Notes: generated from the sequence alone by a model not told the origin. A DNA stretch of 64,000 nucleotides from an uncultured cyanobacterium (GCA_963740315.1 CAVUDP010000002.1:2720001-2784000), one strand, 5' to 3'. Positions 42,944-52,946 are shown, counted from the stretch's first letter. Translations and numbers: made by a program.

Positions 42944-43076
42944 ATGAAATGTAATGGGGAATTGGGAATGGGTAATGGGTAATAGGGAAAAATAATTCCT
43001 AACTCCTGACTCCTAACTCATAACTCATAGCTTATTTAATAAATCCAAAATCTAAAATTTAAAATCCAAAATAGTT

Positions 43077-44144
43077 ATGATTGAACAAGTTGCATCTGCA
43101 TTTGAAAAAAAAGACTATCGCACTGCGGCAAATTTATTAAAACAACTATTAAAAGATTATCCCGACGATGCTTCCGTACAGCTTTATTTAGGAAAATTAC
43201 ATGAAGTATCGGGAAAGCTTGAGTTAGCCGAAAAAGTTTATCGTCAGCTACTGCGCGATAACAATAATCATAAAATAATCACTCAAGCACGTCTCGGTTT
43301 GCAGCGATTGTCAGATATTGAAAAAAAACAGCGAAAAGATGCGATCGCAAAAGCCAAATCAAACCCCGAAAATCAAGAAGCTGCCATATTAATTTTAGAA
43401 CCGATCGCTAACGATTTAAAAAAAGAAGCAGCGCAAAAATTAGCAACTATTGTCGGGGTAGATGCTTATAGCGCCAGGTTATCATTACCCAGTCGCGGTT
43501 GGCGGCTATATCGTAGCGGCGCTTTAGGAGAATTAAAATTTTATGGCGAACAGTTATATAATGCCGGTATTCCCTGTTTTTGGACGACTTTAGCCGCAGT
43601 TAACAAAATTGAAGTTTTTCAAGTTCATTATTTCAAAGATTTTGCAACTAAAGTCACCGCTATATGCGAAAATCAAGATAAGCAACTTGGTACCCTCGTA
43701 TTTGAATGGTCGGAAGTAACCGCGCAAGTTCAAGGATTATTACCAATTTTTGAAGAAGTTGTAGACTTAAACGCACGAGGTAAATTACAGCGCAAAACCC
43801 AAACTCAAGATTATTTTCATTTCTGCGATTTACATTTACCCGGTAGAAACTGTATTTTACGGCTTTACGACAACGGTTATAAGTTTCACAAGGGTGTCGC
43901 AATATCCCCTCAAACCAGTCAAAACACTATTAGAATTAACTGGAATAATTTATTAGCTTTTCTCAAAACTAAATTACCACAAGTCAAAACTTGCTCTGAT
44001 TTTACCCCCTTTGCTGAAACAATGCTCGATCAAACCGATGTCTTAAATCATCTTAAATCCCACATCCAACTATTTCGCAGAGAAAAAAGTAGTTGGGATA
44101 CCGCTTTTCAACTATATAGCAGTTTGATTTTTATTCGTGAGTAG
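43077..44144 (+). CDS. TPR-containing conserved hypothetical protein
   Basis: N-terminal TPR (LYLGKLHEVSGKLELAEKVYRQLL); remainder unknown. Confidence 0.75.
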   Translation: MIEQVASAFEKKDYRTAANLLKQLLKDYPDDASVQLYLGKLHEVSGKLELAEKVYRQLLRDNNNHKIITQARLGLQRLSDIEKKQRKDAIAKAKSNPENQEAAILILEPIANDLKKEAAQKLATIVGVDAYSARLSLPSRGWRLYRSGALGELKFYGEQLYNAGIPCFWTTLAAVNKIEVFQVHYFKDFATKVTAICENQDKQLGTLVFEWSEVTAQVQGLLPIFEEVVDLNARGKLQRKTQTQDYFHFCDLHLPGRNCILRLYDNGYKFHKGVAISPQTSQNTIRINWNNLLAFLKTKLPQVKTCSDFTPFAETMLDQTDVLNHLKSHIQLFRREKSSWDTAFQLYSSLIFIRE

Positions 44145-44147
44145 AAA

Positions 44148-44340
44148 GTAGGGTGTGTTATGCTGCGACAGTCAAATTAAACAACAACAAATATCTGTGT
44201 TTCGCGGCTAACGCACCATTTTTTATATTTTTTCAACGCAAAGTAACGCAAAGGTAAGCGCAAAGGAATAAAGAGAGATTGTTACGAGCGAGCATGTTGC
44301 TCGTTAGCGCTCCCCAGCGAGCATCTTGCTCGCACTACGC
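44148..44340. repeat. Cluster of GTAG-type REP-like palindromes
   Basis: GTAGGGTGTGTTA...TAACGCACC (44148-44217) and a doublet GCGAGCAT(G/C)TTGCTCG ending CTAC (44286-44338). Confidence 0.65.
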
Positions 44341-44367
44341 AAACCTCGCAAAACTTATGCGGTGGAA

Positions 44368-44435
44368 TACTAGATTAAATTTTCTATATTTCGATATTCC
44401 CGGACAATCGAAATCAAGATTATCGAATTTAGAAT
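44368..44435 (+). repeat. 68-bp direct repeat, copy A (internally palindromic)
   Basis: 60/68 identical, ungapped, to 46128-46195. Confidence 0.9.
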
Positions 44436-44472
44436 CTCATAGTAACGGTGAAATACAGCTTTGATTTTATTT

Positions 44473-44640
44473 CCGTTACATAAAACTTACCCAAAAATAC
44501 TTATAACTAGACAAAACTAGACATATAGCATTTTGGTGTTTACTTCCTGCTTCAAACTGGGGTAGTCGGCTACTTCCCATCCACAGGCTGAAACTGTCTA
44601 ACTGACAGCCATAGATAAATTGATTGCAGCATTTAAATCA
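44473..44640 (-). ncRNA. Putative TnpB omegaRNA/reRNA scaffold (5' boundary approximate)
   Basis: Overlaps the tnpB 3' end and runs to the right end: GCCTGTGGATGGGAAGTAGCCGACTACCCCAGTTTGAAGCAGGAAG...GTAACGG, with a GTAG-CCGA-CTAC hairpin. Confidence 0.55.
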
Positions 44641-45686
44641 CGGTCTATTGTAAAATTACATTTCTCACAAGAAAAAACTCTTTCACTTAACGTGAGTATT
44701 TCTTTTTTATGACCACAATTAGAACAAGTTTTAGATGATGGATACCATCTATCGACTACAATCAATTTAGAACCGTATAATTTAGATTTATATTCAAGTT
44801 GTCTTCTAGCTTCATAAAATCCCACATCAGCTATAGCACCAGCTAGCTTATGATTTTTCATCATCCCTGATACGTTTAAATCTTCTATCACTATCGTTCC
44901 GTGGTTCTTAGTTAGTAGTGAAGTTAATTTATGAATCGTATCTCTTCTGATATTAGCAATTTTTTTATGAAGCCTAGCTATTTTTAATTGAGTCTTCTTC
45001 CAGTTATTAGAACCAATTATTTTATTGCGATTTAACCACTGCAATCGTGATAATTTAGTCTTATTTTGACGATATGACTTGGCACCTTCTATAACTTCAC
45101 CTGTCGATAAAGTCGCCAGAGATTTGACACCTAAATCAACCCCTACAACAGTTGTATTCTGATTTTCTTGAACTTGGGTATCAATTTTAAAACTGATAAA
45201 CCACCTATCAGCTTGTCGGGATATCGTTACAGATTTTATTTTATTTAGAGATGGTAATCTTTCATAAGTTTTTAATTTGCCTATTCTTGGAACTTGAATA
45301 GTAAACCTGTCTATAGTCCTACAAGTTCCTTCTAGAGTAAATGAATCATTCTTACCTTTCTTTTTAAATTTTGGTTGACCACTAATTTTTTTAAAGCATC
45401 GTTTCCAAGCAGTAGATAAATTCCTTAAAGAGTATTGCGGTGCAGACTTAGAACACTCATAGTACCAAGGATTCTCTGGTTTGACTAAAGCGACTAAGTA
45501 CTTATGTAAATCAATCGCACTTGGAAATTTTATTTTAGAATCGGGATTAATTTTATTGTTTTCTAATATTGCGCGGGTTAATGCTAATCCCCAATTCCAA
45601 GCATGTCTAGAAACTCCACAATGTTTGAGCAAAACAGTTCTTTGATTATTATTTAATTTTAATTCTGTTTTAAATCCGAGCAACAT
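44598..45686 (-). CDS. tnpB: RNA-guided endonuclease TnpB
   Basis: RuvC-I VGVDLG, RuvC-II IVIEDL, zinc finger CSNC...CEKC, RuvC-III DRDLNAAIN; catalytic D/E/D intact. Confidence 0.93.
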   Translation of the reverse strand: MLLGFKTELKLNNNQRTVLLKHCGVSRHAWNWGLALTRAILENNKINPDSKIKFPSAIDLHKYLVALVKPENPWYYECSKSAPQYSLRNLSTAWKRCFKKISGQPKFKKKGKNDSFTLEGTCRTIDRFTIQVPRIGKLKTYERLPSLNKIKSVTISRQADRWFISFKIDTQVQENQNTTVVGVDLGVKSLATLSTGEVIEGAKSYRQNKTKLSRLQWLNRNKIIGSNNWKKTQLKIARLHKKIANIRRDTIHKLTSLLTKNHGTIVIEDLNVSGMMKNHKLAGAIADVGFYEARRQLEYKSKLYGSKLIVVDRWYPSSKTCSNCGHKKEILTLSERVFSCEKCNFTIDRDLNAAINLSMAVS

Positions 45687-46038
45687 TGTATAAAATTTAC
45701 GTTTTCAAGTTTTATAAATATAGACCATCTATCTTTTAGATTATTAGGTATAAACATATCATCCTTATTACTATCATTAATAGTATAAATGTTAAAGTTA
45801 TTAATTCTTAAAACTCAATTGGTATAAAAGGCAACCATTAGTATAGTAAACAACCTTTAACCATCGCTTTACTGTAAATACGTGTTAGACGCTTAACACG
45901 ATATCTGGACAATATGCGTAAATATGTCTGTTTATGGGTAGAAATTAGATAACAGTTACTACCCCTACCTTTATATATATAAACCCGTTGAAAACAACTT
46001 TGAATTACCAACTACTAATCCAAATCATCAATTCTGAT

Positions 46039-46099
46039 AGGTTTGTAGTAAGTGCTGTACTTGCTCCGGATTTAGGGCTAAAGCCCTTACTACGAACCT
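46039..46099. repeat. REP-like palindromic element (related copies at ~47915-47950 and ~59037-59098)
   Basis: AGGTTTGTAGTAAG...CTTACTACGAACCT arms, internal AGGGCTAAAGCCCT hairpin and TCCGGA. Confidence 0.7.
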
Positions 46100-46127
46100 T
46101 TTACCGTTGAAAACTAATGAAAAAGAC

Positions 46128-46195
46128 TACTAGATTAAATTATCTGTAATTCGATATTCCCGGACAATCGAAATCTATATTATGTAATTTATAAT
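46128..46195 (+). promoter_or_regulatory. 68-bp direct repeat, copy B: probable promoter/operator of the downstream oxidoreductase
   Basis: TTCGAT-N11-ATCGAA inverted repeat followed by TATAAT at 46190-46195, 33 bp before ATG 46229. Confidence 0.5.
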
Positions 46196-46228
46196 TTGAT
46201 ATTATCAGCAACTAACCACTAACAACTA

Positions 46229-47752
46229 ATGGATGTAATTATAATCGGTAGCGGAATCGGGGGTTTAAGCTGTGGGGGATTGTTAGCGAGATATGGCTTC
46301 AAGGTGACGGTTTGCGAAAGTCATTCTATTCCCGGTGGTGCGGCACATTCTTTTAGTTATAACGGTTATAAATTTGATTCTGGGCCATCACTTTATTCTG
46401 GTTTATCTTATAGCCCTTCAAATAATCCTTTACGACAGGTGTTAGATGCAGTTGGCGAAGATTGCGAATGGGCTAATTACGAAACTTGGGGTTGCTTTCT
46501 TCCTGAAGGAGATTTTAACACGGCGGTGGGTGCGGAACAATTTTGTGAAGTACTTTTAAAATATCGTGGGGAAAAGGCTGTTAAAGAATGGCGGGAGTTG
46601 CAGCGAGTTATGGCTCCTTATGCGGATGCTGCGATCGCGATTCCTTCTGCTGCTTTACGTTTCGATTTGGGTGCTGTGAAAACTGTGGGTAAGTTTGCAC
46701 CTAGTTTAATCAAACATTTTTTCAACGTTTCTAAGTTAACCGGACCATTTAGTTCGATTATGGATGGTGTAGTAACAGATCCATTTATCCGTAACTGGTT
46801 AAATATGCTGTGTTTTCTGCTTTCGGGATTACCCGCAGATGGTACGAGTGCTGCTGAAGTCGCGTTTATGTTCGCTGACTGGTATCGTCCGGGTGTAAAG
46901 TTGGATTATCCGGTGGGTGGTGCTGGTGCTTTGGTTGATGCTTTGGTGCGGGGGTTGGAAAAACATGGTGGAAAGCTGCTTTTAAGAAGTCATGTTGAAG
47001 AAATTATCGTTGAAAATAAACGTGCTGTCGGCGTAAAGTTGCGAGGTGGTAAGGAAATTAGAGCGGATACCGTAATTTCCAATGCTTCTGTATGGGATAC
47101 TTTGAAATTAATTCCAACGAATTCGCTACCGCAACAGTTTTTTGAGAAACGGCGATCGACACCTGAATGCGAAAGTTTTATGCATCTCCATTTAGGAATT
47201 GATGCTGCTAACATTCGTGCGGATTTGCAGTGTCACTATATATATGTCAAAGATTGGCATCTGGGAATTACCGCTCCTCAAAATTTAGTATTGATATCAA
47301 TTCCTTCGGTAATAGATTCTTCCCTAGCACCACCGGGAAAGCATTCGATTCACGTTTACACTCCCGGCAGCGAGCCTTACGATTTGTGGCAGGGAATGGA
47401 TCGAAACAGCGAAGAGTATTTACAGCAAAAGCAAACCCGCGCCGAAATCATGTGGGAGGCTTTGGAAAAAGTGATTCCAGATATTCGTTCTCGTTGTGAA
47501 GTCACTTTAATTGGTACTCCCTTAACTCACGAACGTTATTTAAGAAGGAATCGCGGTTCTTACGGTCCGGCAATTCGTGCGGGTTCCGGTTTATTTCCCG
47601 GTCCCAAAACTCCGATTGTAGGTTTGATGTGTTGCGGTGATTCGACATTCCCCGGCATTGGTTTACCAGCTGTCGCAGCTTCGGGAATAATTGCTGCAAA
47701 TACTCTTGCACCTGTAAGCAAGCATTTGGAATTAATTAACGAAATTATTTGA
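46229..47752 (+). CDS. Phytoene desaturase/carotenoid isomerase-like FAD oxidoreductase (COG1233; CrtISO paralog)
   Basis: GSGIGG, FDSGPSL, GTPLTHERYL, CGDSTFPGIGLPAVAASG. Confidence 0.85.
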   Translation: MDVIIIGSGIGGLSCGGLLARYGFKVTVCESHSIPGGAAHSFSYNGYKFDSGPSLYSGLSYSPSNNPLRQVLDAVGEDCEWANYETWGCFLPEGDFNTAVGAEQFCEVLLKYRGEKAVKEWRELQRVMAPYADAAIAIPSAALRFDLGAVKTVGKFAPSLIKHFFNVSKLTGPFSSIMDGVVTDPFIRNWLNMLCFLLSGLPADGTSAAEVAFMFADWYRPGVKLDYPVGGAGALVDALVRGLEKHGGKLLLRSHVEEIIVENKRAVGVKLRGGKEIRADTVISNASVWDTLKLIPTNSLPQQFFEKRRSTPECESFMHLHLGIDAANIRADLQCHYIYVKDWHLGITAPQNLVLISIPSVIDSSLAPPGKHSIHVYTPGSEPYDLWQGMDRNSEEYLQQKQTRAEIMWEALEKVIPDIRSRCEVTLIGTPLTHERYLRRNRGSYGPAIRAGSGLFPGPKTPIVGLMCCGDSTFPGIGLPAVAASGIIAANTLAPVSKHLELINEII

Positions 47753-48499
47753 ATAGATGGGAGAGGGGGGAGAGGGGAAAGAAAATTATTAATCAACTAC
47801 TGTTTAAAAGCCTAGTATTAATTATATTTTTATACTTGATTTAAGCATTTTCAGTGTATTTATCGATAAAATGCTCGGGTTTTATTTATAGCTAAAGTTG
47901 TAATTAATACTTTTAAAAGGTTCGTAGTAAAGACTTTAGTCCCTCCGGATTCTCTGACATGAAGTTTGTTTTTTGTGGAACTTTGGAAGACGTAAAATAA
48001 TAGTCTCTACAATCCGTTGGAATTAATATCAAAATTATTTTCTACCCACTCTTCCCTCTCTACTAACTTACTAATAGGTAAATACAATTTTTATTTCAGA
48101 TAAAATGATTATTGTCAATACCCGTATTTTTTGAAGCTATTTTCAGTATTTTTAATCACAGCAAAATTAATATTGCTTCATGTAAACATTGAGGCGATCG
48201 CTCTATTTTTTTGTTGTTGTAGTACGTCGATCAAGTAAATATCAAGTTAATTGCTGTACTTTGTAAATTAAAAGAATCCGATTTGGGTTAAAAAATTAAA
48301 ATTAGTTTTACTGCTTCCCTAAGCATACAAACCCCATATTACATCAAAACGGCTTGTAATCTCGTGGGCTAATTGAGAATTCTATCAATAAAAATTTTTA
48401 TGTAAACAACAGTAACGGGATTGTAACGGAATATGAATACAAAAGATTAATCAATGGTTGGTGAATAAACGATTCCTATTTATGATTCATCAAAAAAAT

Positions 48500-48524
48500 G
48501 TAGAGACGTGATATATCACGTCTC
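48500..48524 (+). repeat. GTAG-type REP-like palindrome
   Basis: GTA-GAGACGTGAT-AT-ATCACGTCTC perfect hairpin beginning with GTAG; relatives at 25131-25157 and ~47985-48010. Confidence 0.7.
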
Positions 48525-48552
48525 CATTAATTTAGAAACCAAAAATTACCGA

Positions 48553-49086
48553 TTAAAAATAATCTGGCTGCCAATTTTGGCGGTGGATAGCGTAGTAAAC
48601 CACGTCTGTTTTGTAGAAACGAGCGTCTTTTTCGTACTTTAAGCCAGCTTTCTCCATAACTCGCACAGATGCGATATGTTTGGGAGATGCGATCGCCACA
48701 ATTTTGTGGAGTTTGGTAAACTCGAAACCGTAGTTAATCGCGGATTTTGTGGCTTCGGTAGCAATACCTCGATTCCAGTAATTTTGGTCGAGACGATAGA
48801 GAACTTCGATGTCGGGGCTATTAGGTAAACAATTAAGTCCGCAATGACCGATTAATTTTCTACTAACTTTATCAACGACAGCCCAGACACCGAAGCCGTA
48901 TTTTTCCCAATGTTCGATAAAGTATTTTAAAATTTCCCCAGTAACTTGTTTTTCTTTACCTTTGGGTATTGGTCCTCTGGGTGAATACTTCATAACTTCT
49001 GGATTGCTCAAAATTACAGTTAATCTATCCAAATCATCCAGCGTATAAGGTCTGAGTCGCAGTCGCGCAGTTTCAATTTCTGCCAT
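48553..49086 (-). CDS. GNAT family (RimJ/RimL-type) N-acetyltransferase
   Basis: ETARLRLRP, YWNRGIATEA, ASVRVMEKAG. Confidence 0.9.
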   Translation of the reverse strand: MAEIETARLRLRPYTLDDLDRLTVILSNPEVMKYSPRGPIPKGKEKQVTGEILKYFIEHWEKYGFGVWAVVDKVSRKLIGHCGLNCLPNSPDIEVLYRLDQNYWNRGIATEATKSAINYGFEFTKLHKIVAIASPKHIASVRVMEKAGLKYEKDARFYKTDVVYYAIHRQNWQPDYF

Positions 49087-49169
49087 GATGAGTCTCAAAT
49101 TATCCTTCGATCCAGTTATTAGTTTCACGTAAATTAAATCTTGTCCGGTTTTTTGGGAAGAGGGATGTG

Positions 49170-49482
49170 AGGGATGGGGGGGATGGGGAGATGGGGAGAT
49201 GGGGAGATGGGGAGATAGGGAGATGGGGAGATAGGGAGATGGGGAGATGGGGAGATGGGGAGATGGGGAGATGGGGAGATGGGGAGATGGGGAGATGGGG
49301 AGATGGGGAGATGGGGAGAAATTAACTCCTAACTGCTCACTCCTAACTGCTCACTGCTCACTCCTAACTGCTCACTGCTCACTGCTCACTGCTCACTGCT
49401 CACTGCTCACTGCTCACTGCTCACTCCTCACTGCTCACTGCTCACTGCTCACTGCTCACTGCTCACTGCTCACTCCTAACTC
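49170..49482. repeat. Large compound STRR: (GGGGAGAT)n followed by (CTGCTCA/CTCCTAA)n
   Basis: About 17 octamers then about 22 heptamers, directly visible. Confidence 0.95.
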
Positions 49483-50312
49483 CAATAAGTTAAAGGTTCT
49501 TGACGATCGCGATATCCGATAAACATGGACATGGAAACTCTTGGTCCATTTTGGGAAGCACGTACTGCATGCACTCTTGTGGAGTCAAATAAAATAAGTT
49601 CTCCGATTTGGGGTCTAATTACAGAATCAGCTGGTGGTAAAATTCGGCAATCGATGATTCCTTCGTATTGGTATTGTTTGTCATGAATTTCTGGTTGTTT
49701 GAGAGTAGATGGTTTGACGTTCCAAATTTCTAACTCTCCGCCAAATTTAGGGGTACGCAGGTAGATATTGGCGCTTAATTGAGTTACCAAGTTGGAGAAA
49801 GGATAGGTGGGAAAAATGGCAGTTTCCAATACGTCTCTTGCAAGAATGTCTTGATGGGGTGGAAGTTCAAAATCATCTTCAAATACTCTACCAATTCCCG
49901 CTAACATGGTGCGATGGTGAACGGTTTCGATGCAGGCACCAGCTAACCAAATATCTCCTAAATCTAATCTTAATTTATCGATGGGTGAGAGATAAGGAGA
50001 ACAGGTGTAACGTATATTTTTGTTACAGGCTGGAGCTTGTTGGTAATAGCGTTCGAGCATTTCTAAATTACCGTTGGTTTCAAAGAAGGTAATTCCAGTT
50101 CTTTGCACTCCCACATCTGGTGCCCGATGATATCTTTCTAAGGTATCTTGTTCGATTAATTGTTCGCTGATTTTTTCTGCTTGCTCGTGATGATAGTAGC
50201 TGGGAATTCGTAAAGCAAGCAGTTTACCGTTTAATAAATCCAGTAAATCTGTAATTACCAAATTTTGAGAAATTTTTACTAAGGTCTGTTGTTGCTGTTG
50301 AGTCGATTGCAT
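49476..50312 (-). CDS. 2OG-Fe(II) dioxygenase, proline-hydroxylase-like
   Basis: HQD...HAVR...RVS facial triad and 2OG-binding motif; GGELEIW. Confidence 0.8.
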   Translation of the reverse strand: MQSTQQQQQTLVKISQNLVITDLLDLLNGKLLALRIPSYYHHEQAEKISEQLIEQDTLERYHRAPDVGVQRTGITFFETNGNLEMLERYYQQAPACNKNIRYTCSPYLSPIDKLRLDLGDIWLAGACIETVHHRTMLAGIGRVFEDDFELPPHQDILARDVLETAIFPTYPFSNLVTQLSANIYLRTPKFGGELEIWNVKPSTLKQPEIHDKQYQYEGIIDCRILPPADSVIRPQIGELILFDSTRVHAVRASQNGPRVSMSMFIGYRDRQEPLTYWS

Positions 50313-50642
50313 ACAATTGTTCCTTTGTTTGTAATTTCAATTTGTGGATTATCAGTACTCGATCGGCTTAAGCAGAGGGAAGCCTCTCTAAGGTTGACTT
50401 AGATAGGGATGAAATTTGGAAAGTTCCTCACTTTGTTAAATGCCTTGTAGATATACAAGGTGAGTTAGAACTATTACGCACAAGTTTCAAAATTTATCCC
50501 GCTTTAATTGTGCTAACCCTTTCTCAGTAAAGATTTCTACGTCAAAAAAGATTTGGTAGACGCAGTAATATAACGTAGATTTGGTGAAATATTTATTCTG
50601 AGTAAGACAAGAAAAGCCTGATAACTGAAGCGAATTAAGACT

Positions 50643-52946
50643 TTAGACTAGTTTTACTTTCATTGTCATTTCGTTGTCGTTGCTGTTTGATGTCAAATCC
50701 CCGAAACTGAATTTAAAGATGCTCTTATCCCCGTTACCGATTTCGACAATGCTATTTGTATCAGTAGCACCGAAGGATAATAATGCTTGAGCGTCACCAT
50801 TTTCAAAGTCTTGAATATTCCCGTCTTGAATTAAATAAGGAGCCAGAAGACTGTTATCGGGTAAATCAACTTGAAATTTCTCTCTTTTGGAATTATCTTT
50901 AACTCTAAAATCTGCAACGCTATTAGCAATCGCCGTTTTGAGATAATCCTCTCCATCACTTGGTGTCAGGGTTTCACCAGTCACTTCATCTACAATTGTC
51001 CCTTGCTTATCTTTGATGGCATAGAAACCAACGGTGTTATCAAATGCTGATTTTTTGGTAACTGTAATTTTGGCTTTGCCATCGTCACCTTGTAAATCTA
51101 ACAATCCATCAGGAAGAAGACTCTCTTTATTTAAGGGATTATCTTCGGAAACTTTCAAGAAAACGTTTTCCTGAAGCTCATCAATTTCGGTATTCAACTT
51201 GATGATGTCAGAATAAGTTGTCTCCTTAATCTCCTTTATTTCCTTTTTGGTAAAGAAACCACCATCTTTAATTGTTCTTTCAAACCAAAATCAATCGGCA
51301 TCCCTCAACCTTTCAAATTGCTCTCCAACTATAGCTTTAGTTGTTTCCCCGGCTCCGGAGGGTGCAACAGAATTTTCTGCAAATAACCCGATTAACAAAT
51401 CGACATCTTCTACAGTGCCGTACAACTCTTCTAAAGTATCGGCTAATTGCTTATCGTTGGTTAACTCGTTAAAACTTGTTACCCTTTCCAAACCAAAATC
51501 GGCTCTTACTTGGTTGTAATCGGCTAAACCCCGTTCCCTTCCCCTTTGAATATTGGCTGAATACAAATCAAATCCAACACCTGCTGGAGGAAACAAAGCA
51601 TTTCGTAAATCGAAGACTACATTAGTATCGACTTCTTCATCCAAAGTTACCGTGCTACCCCGCAAAATTCCATCGACATCTTTACCCTCGGTAATATTCG
51701 GCGCTCCGAATGTGGTTAATAGCGGTAAAGTTGTTGCATTACCTTCACTATCGATCGTCTCTATTTTATTACCCGTTTGAGAGTGACCGAAACGGAAACC
51801 AGCAGCGTTAAATTCATCGGATATTTGAGGAGTTTCTTTGCTGTCGTAACCCTTATATTTACTAATCTCTCCTATCTGCTGCGGCAGCCATTCATAGGTT
51901 ACTACCTGCTGAAATTGAGCGATATTAATCTGACGCGCTCTTTCAAATATCTGTTTATCCTCCCATTTAGGATGAAATGCAGATAAATCTTCGGCAATAC
52001 GATTGTGATTCCTCACCCACAACGTATGTTGTGCGACTAAAGCATCTTGCTCGCTAACTCTTTCATCTCCAGCTAAGAATCCCACACCCTGAAAAAATCC
52101 CCCTCTCATTACCTGTTGCGTATCTGCTGGAAGTAAATCATCACTGGTTGATTGTGTCTCTTCAGAAAAAACTTTCAGCCTACCTCCATTAAAACTACGA
52201 AGAGATTTGGCTAATTCCTTATCGGAGCCGTAAACAGAAGATAAATCCAGCCAGTGGGTTAAATCGTTAGGTACTTTTCCAGGTTTAGATTTACCATCTT
52301 CAACAACTCCAGTCCCCGATTTAAAAGCATTTCTAGGAAACTCGAATTCCAATCCACCATCAAACTGTCTGTTAATTGTCGCAGTCGGAGGAATATCTGG
52401 AGTAAAATTAGCGTCATTTAGAGGAATATCGATATTAAAACTATCCTCACTCAACCTTGCCAAGTTAAGATCGTGGTTAATTAACTGCCCGAAAGCCCAA
52501 TTTATCCCAGTTAAACCTTTGGAGCTAGGATCGGTTTCACCCCTATCTAATTTAGACGTTGCATTACTGATAACCCTTGCACTAGGTCGGTCTAAAGGAT
52601 CGAGCAGAACAAAAGGAGCATCAGGATTATTACTTAAACCATCCTTATTTCTAACAACCTCCAAACCCGACTTCTTCAAACGTGTTTCTTCCGCTTGACT
52701 AAAAATCGGAATCGGTTGACGACTTACAGCCTCACCATCAACACCAATTAAAGGGTTTCCCTCAGCATCATTCGCAACCCCAGCAGGGCTAGCAACTCCA
52801 TCCTCATACTCCACAGTACCAAGACGAATAAAAGGTGTACCCGTCGCTCCCAACCTCGGCTTCTCTAAATTATTTCCAGAGCCATTAATTTTGCGAATCG
52901 AATCTAGCCATTTGCCTTTATAGGGATTTCTGTCAATGATTGACAT
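50643..52946 (-). pseudogene. Animal-type heme peroxidase (peroxidase-cyclooxygenase superfamily) with C-terminal DUF4114-like domain, interrupted by one in-frame TGA
   Basis: GSGNNL, WAFGQLINHDL, LDLSSVYGS, GDERVSE, FRFGHS, NIQRGRERG. TGA at 51291-51293 falls in RDAD*FWFE and the downstream ORF 50643..51197 is in the same frame. Confidence 0.85.

Larger units (their letters stand above)
44473..45984 (-). mobile_element. Non-autonomous IS607-type (tnpB-only) insertion sequence
   Basis: Contains tnpB. CCGTT (AACGG on minus strand, GG core) occurs at both junctions (44473 and 45985). The right end reads ...GTAAGTTTTATGTAACGG. No tnpA ORF. Confidence 0.65.

Noticed and set aside
45687..45984. 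tnpA (serine recombinase or Y1) or group I intron (IStron) upstream of tnpB
   Set aside because: Only short AT-rich frames with no YARVS or HUH motif, and no recognisable intron core
46229..47752. Assigning crtH
   Set aside because: Same superfamily, but the motifs look like the CrtISO-paralog clade; orthology cannot be established without a tree
49247..49522. 91-aa ORF MGRWGDGE.../LLTAHCS...
   Set aside because: Translation of STRR octamer and heptamer arrays; not a credible gene
29312..51293. TGA recoding (alternative genetic code or selenocysteine) suggested by two in-frame TGAs
   Set aside because: They replace different expected residues (probably Gly and Arg), and TGA terminates many intact genes in this window (e.g. 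at 297, 2941, 12080, 47752)
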